Assembly: GCA_964304625.1 (NCBI GenBank)
Contig: OZ199839.1
Coordinates: forward strand, 5,834,311-5,898,310
DNA from: Kudoa neothunni
Lineage: Eukaryota; Animalia; Cnidaria
DNA: 64,000 bases
Reading direction: 5' to 3'
How positions within the stretch are numbered: the stretch's first letter is position 1; each line of letters starts with the position of its first letter. The position numbers and the translations under genes are program-made. Below, one piece after another: positions 57,700-64,000 of this stretch. The notes beneath the pieces were generated by a model that ran no database searches, was not told the origin of the DNA, and saw only the letters and a program-made list of their open reading frames with translations.

Positions 57700-58680
57700 G
57701 ATGTTTAATTGTAAAAATATTTTTACTTACTGAAAACAGGCCTATAATTCAATATGATGAGCATTAAAAAAACGAATAATGTATTGGAACAAATTGCATT
57801 TTTTGTATTTAATTATCATGTTTTTTGCTTCACAATGAAAAATTAACATTTTTAAACTCTTTTTTATAAAAATATTTTAGGTTTTTCAACTGTGATAATA
57901 TCTAATCGCATAAATGTTAAACAATTTAAATGAATATAATATAACCGATTATATAAGATAAAATCCTAAATTTTAAAATTAAATGAAACTCAAAATAACA
58001 ACTTCATTCCAAATACGCGCACACCACTTATATCCTATGGTTCCTACGTATATCTTTTGCTCTTTCTAGACCAATCGTACCTTAGTAAATCCAAATTTAT
58101 TTATAATTTAATTCCCAAAATTAGATTTAAAGGAAAAATTTATCGAAAATTAATTCCGAATGAACACCTTTCTAGATACCCAAAGATGATCATGTTTGCC
58201 TTTAATTTTCAATTTTTGAAATGTTAAAAAATCGAACAAGGTGGTTATATTATTATTAATCAGTTAGATAATGGAAAAATGTGAAATAATAGAATCTGTT
58301 TTTTTGTCTTATAAGAACAATCTATCTATTTGAAATGTAAATCCTCAATATGATGCTAATCACAATGAAAATGGCCACGTCATGCATGTATTAAACTCGG
58401 AGAAACTGAATCATACCATCTCAGAAATACGCTGACATAACTTATGACCCAAATGGATTGAATGATTTCTACCCAATGATGGATAGGATATCATAAATTG
58501 TAAAATACATAGAAACGTACTTTTATAACAATTTTTCCAATAAATAAATAAGTAAATAAATGTTAAATATTATGTTTAAAAAATATTATTAAGTTTTATA
58601 TTTCACGCGAGCGTTTGCAATTAGATGGATATTGCGTATCTTTTTGCAATTCCCCCCAAAAAGTGCGCAATAAGCGTTGT
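57700..58680 (-). mobile_element. Highly decayed IS630-Tc1-like remnant
   Basis: Minus-strand INKFGF and YDWSRKSKR resemble IDETGF and YGWS.KG.R. Repeated TTTGCA motifs near 58615-58650 resemble the terminus at 24890-24920. Confidence 0.4.
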
Positions 58681-58835
58681 TGATTGTATGTGAATTTGGT
58701 TTCTAAGTTAAGGGGTTTTAATGAATCCATGAGAATAGCTAGTATCAAAACAAAATATAACATTTAAGGAGAATAAAATTTAAGATTGTGATATAAAACA
58801 AGATTTTTAGTTGGAGATTAGAGAGAAAGTTGATA

Positions 58836-61962
<3,127 letters not shown>

Positions 61963-62088
61963 GGTTGGGTTGTAACTGACGCGAGACGCAGCCTAATACC
62001 ACTAAATATACTTCTAAATATAATTGAAAAATTTGCTCAAACTCAATCTATCACAATCTGTCGCCAACCATCGATATCGACATAGAAA

Positions 62089-62113
62089 TAGATAGAGATA
62101 GATATAGATAGAT

Positions 62114-62148
<35 letters not shown>

Positions 62149-62155
62149 TAGATAT
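62089..62155. repeat. Compound (TAGA)n/(TAGATA)n microsatellite
   Basis: Read directly; lies between the divergent TMEM245 and AAMP starts. Confidence 0.95.
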
Positions 62156-62497
62156 AACGGTTGGTCCCTATTCATAAAATTAAATGGCGCTTTACATTTA
62201 TCAGATTAATGTGGTGGATAGTTGAATTTCATTGTTCACCGTTTAATAGCAAAAAATCTAACTACATAAATATGTGATTTTTTAAAAGTGATATCAGATA
62301 CAATATTATTCTTTGTTAAACATTATGAACAGGCGATAACATTTTAGTCCGACTTTACGCGATCAGCCATTCGACAAAAATCGTCTTCAGCAAATACACC
62401 TATAAACTGCTTGATAACTTGGTTAAATTTTAAATTCATTACATCACCATATTTGGAAACATATTATCTATTCTTCTTTTTCTTTTTAAAGTGTTAA

Positions 62498-63213
62498 ATG
62501 GATAATAACCAAAGCAACGAAGACGACTATCTCAATTACGATGAAATTATCGATGAAGCTGAAATTGATCAAATAATTCAGATTGATGAATGCGAAGGTG
62601 AGTGTGAGACTAATAATGAAATTTTTAATTTTCTCAAATTTTATTTCAATGAGTTAATCGATGGTTGCTAGGCCCAGAGGACGAATCTGACGACAATCTC
62701 AACGAGGAACCATTAACTAACGACGAATTCACATGTATGGATCCCGATATTGAAATCAACACTCAACAGGAAACTTTTATTGCCCATCAAGGTAGGTGGT
62801 TATTTGAAACCTTCAAAATGTTACCGATTCCTGACGAAGGGGGGAGTTGGTTTGAATATTATTGGATTTTTTTAAAGTTGATTGTAGGTTCTTGTTTCTG
62901 TAGCAATATATCGAGTACCGAGACTAACGATTTCACTCAGTGTATCCTTACCGGCGGAGAAGATGATTATTTTTGTGCGTACGATTCGATCAACTTCCAA
63001 AAAATCTACCAACATAGTATTTGAATATTAGCTCGTTATTCAAATGAATTTCCTGTCACTCTCAATCAAGAGCATTGTGACTCGGTGGTGTCTGTTGGTT
63101 TCAATTCCACCTTCGACTATTGTCTGAGTGCTGATATGGCGGGTACTGTGAATATTTACAAATACCCAATTTGGTCAAACCCCGAATTCACCCTAGAGAC
63201 CACAGATCTGGAT
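62498..63213 (+). CDS. AAMP: AAMP/Sqt1-like WD40 protein, first four exons; the gene probably continues beyond the window
   Basis: Acidic N-terminus; TFIAHQ|GSCFC; ILTGGEDD; HCDSVVSVGFN...SADMAG.V.IY; LETTDLD. These match AAMP H..SVFC, TGGEDD, HKDSV...GFS, GDMSG. Confidence 0.88.
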
Positions 63214-64000
63214 GTACGTGGTTTCTTTTAATTTATAAGGGTTAAATCTGTTTTCTGCTGAAAGTTAATCATTTAATTTTTTCGTAAACAAATAATAATT
63301 AAAAATTGAGATTAAATCTAAATATATTTTGGCTATATGAATTAATATTATTATTCAATTCAATAATTAATTGTTTTCGTAATATTTCAATATATATTTT
63401 TTATGCATTTTTAATATTCCGATAAAATTTTTTATTAATTTATTCGGTTCACTTCGTGCCGATAATTATCCCTCGAATTAGGCTTTGTTGTAAAATTTGT
63501 AATTGAACACTCCTATATACAGTAAAGTCCGATTAGAATATTCGCTAATTATCAAGAAATTAAAATTATGGTTCAATTTAACAACTGATTCATTATATTA
63601 GAATTTAAATACAGTTTACGTTTGATAGTTGCCTAGTAATTAATTGACTTCTAATTGATCAGATTAAATAATATAAAATATTGCTAGAGAATGGTTGTTG
63701 TTAGAGCAATCAAGTAGGGAAATTCATTTATTTTTATTGTTGAATTAATTAATTAATTCTAATCCATCACTATGCTCCTATGGATAGAAATAACTGAATC
63801 TATCAGATTATCAAAAGATTAACTTTCTATGTCAGATATGAATAGAAATTATTAAGATAAAAAATAATGACATTTAAATCTCGATTATAATTAACATGTA
63901 TTGTAAGATTAGTAACGTTTGTTGGTCTGAATGCGCATTATTTATTTTAGTCCGCATGTAACAAAATTTAGTATTTTGCTTACATATATAGAAATTTATA

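Overview
Very AT-rich eukaryotic DNA with short (about 40-60 nt) GT-AG introns. A minicollagen gene plus strongly diverged housekeeping genes suggest a cnidarian parasite, most likely a myxozoan (inference; the species cannot be read from the sequence). The window has two compartments. (1) Compact islands of conserved genes: GTF3C5, a minicollagen, an orphan intronless 7TM protein and AP-3 mu at 38.8-45.6 kb; TMEM245 and AAMP at 58.8-64 kb. (2) Long tracts of decayed and nested DNA transposons (pogo/Tigger, piggyBac, hAT-Buster/Charlie, Merlin, IS630-Tc1 DD34E, probable MULE) that also hold lineage-specific surface-protein genes. The most notable signal, largely invisible in the ORF track, is a family of at least four genes plus one fragment encoding membrane-anchored GDA1/CD39 (ecto-NTPDase/apyrase)-fold proteins. 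They keep the cysteine scaffold but have replaced the nucleotide-binding apyrase-conserved-region (ACR) motifs, so they are candidate pseudo-apyrases. All protein family calls come from manual translation compared with remembered consensus motifs; no search was run. One-base frameshifts at A/T homopolymers occur even in TMEM245, so some pseudogene calls may be assembly artefacts. No CRISPR array, rRNA or convincing tRNA was seen.
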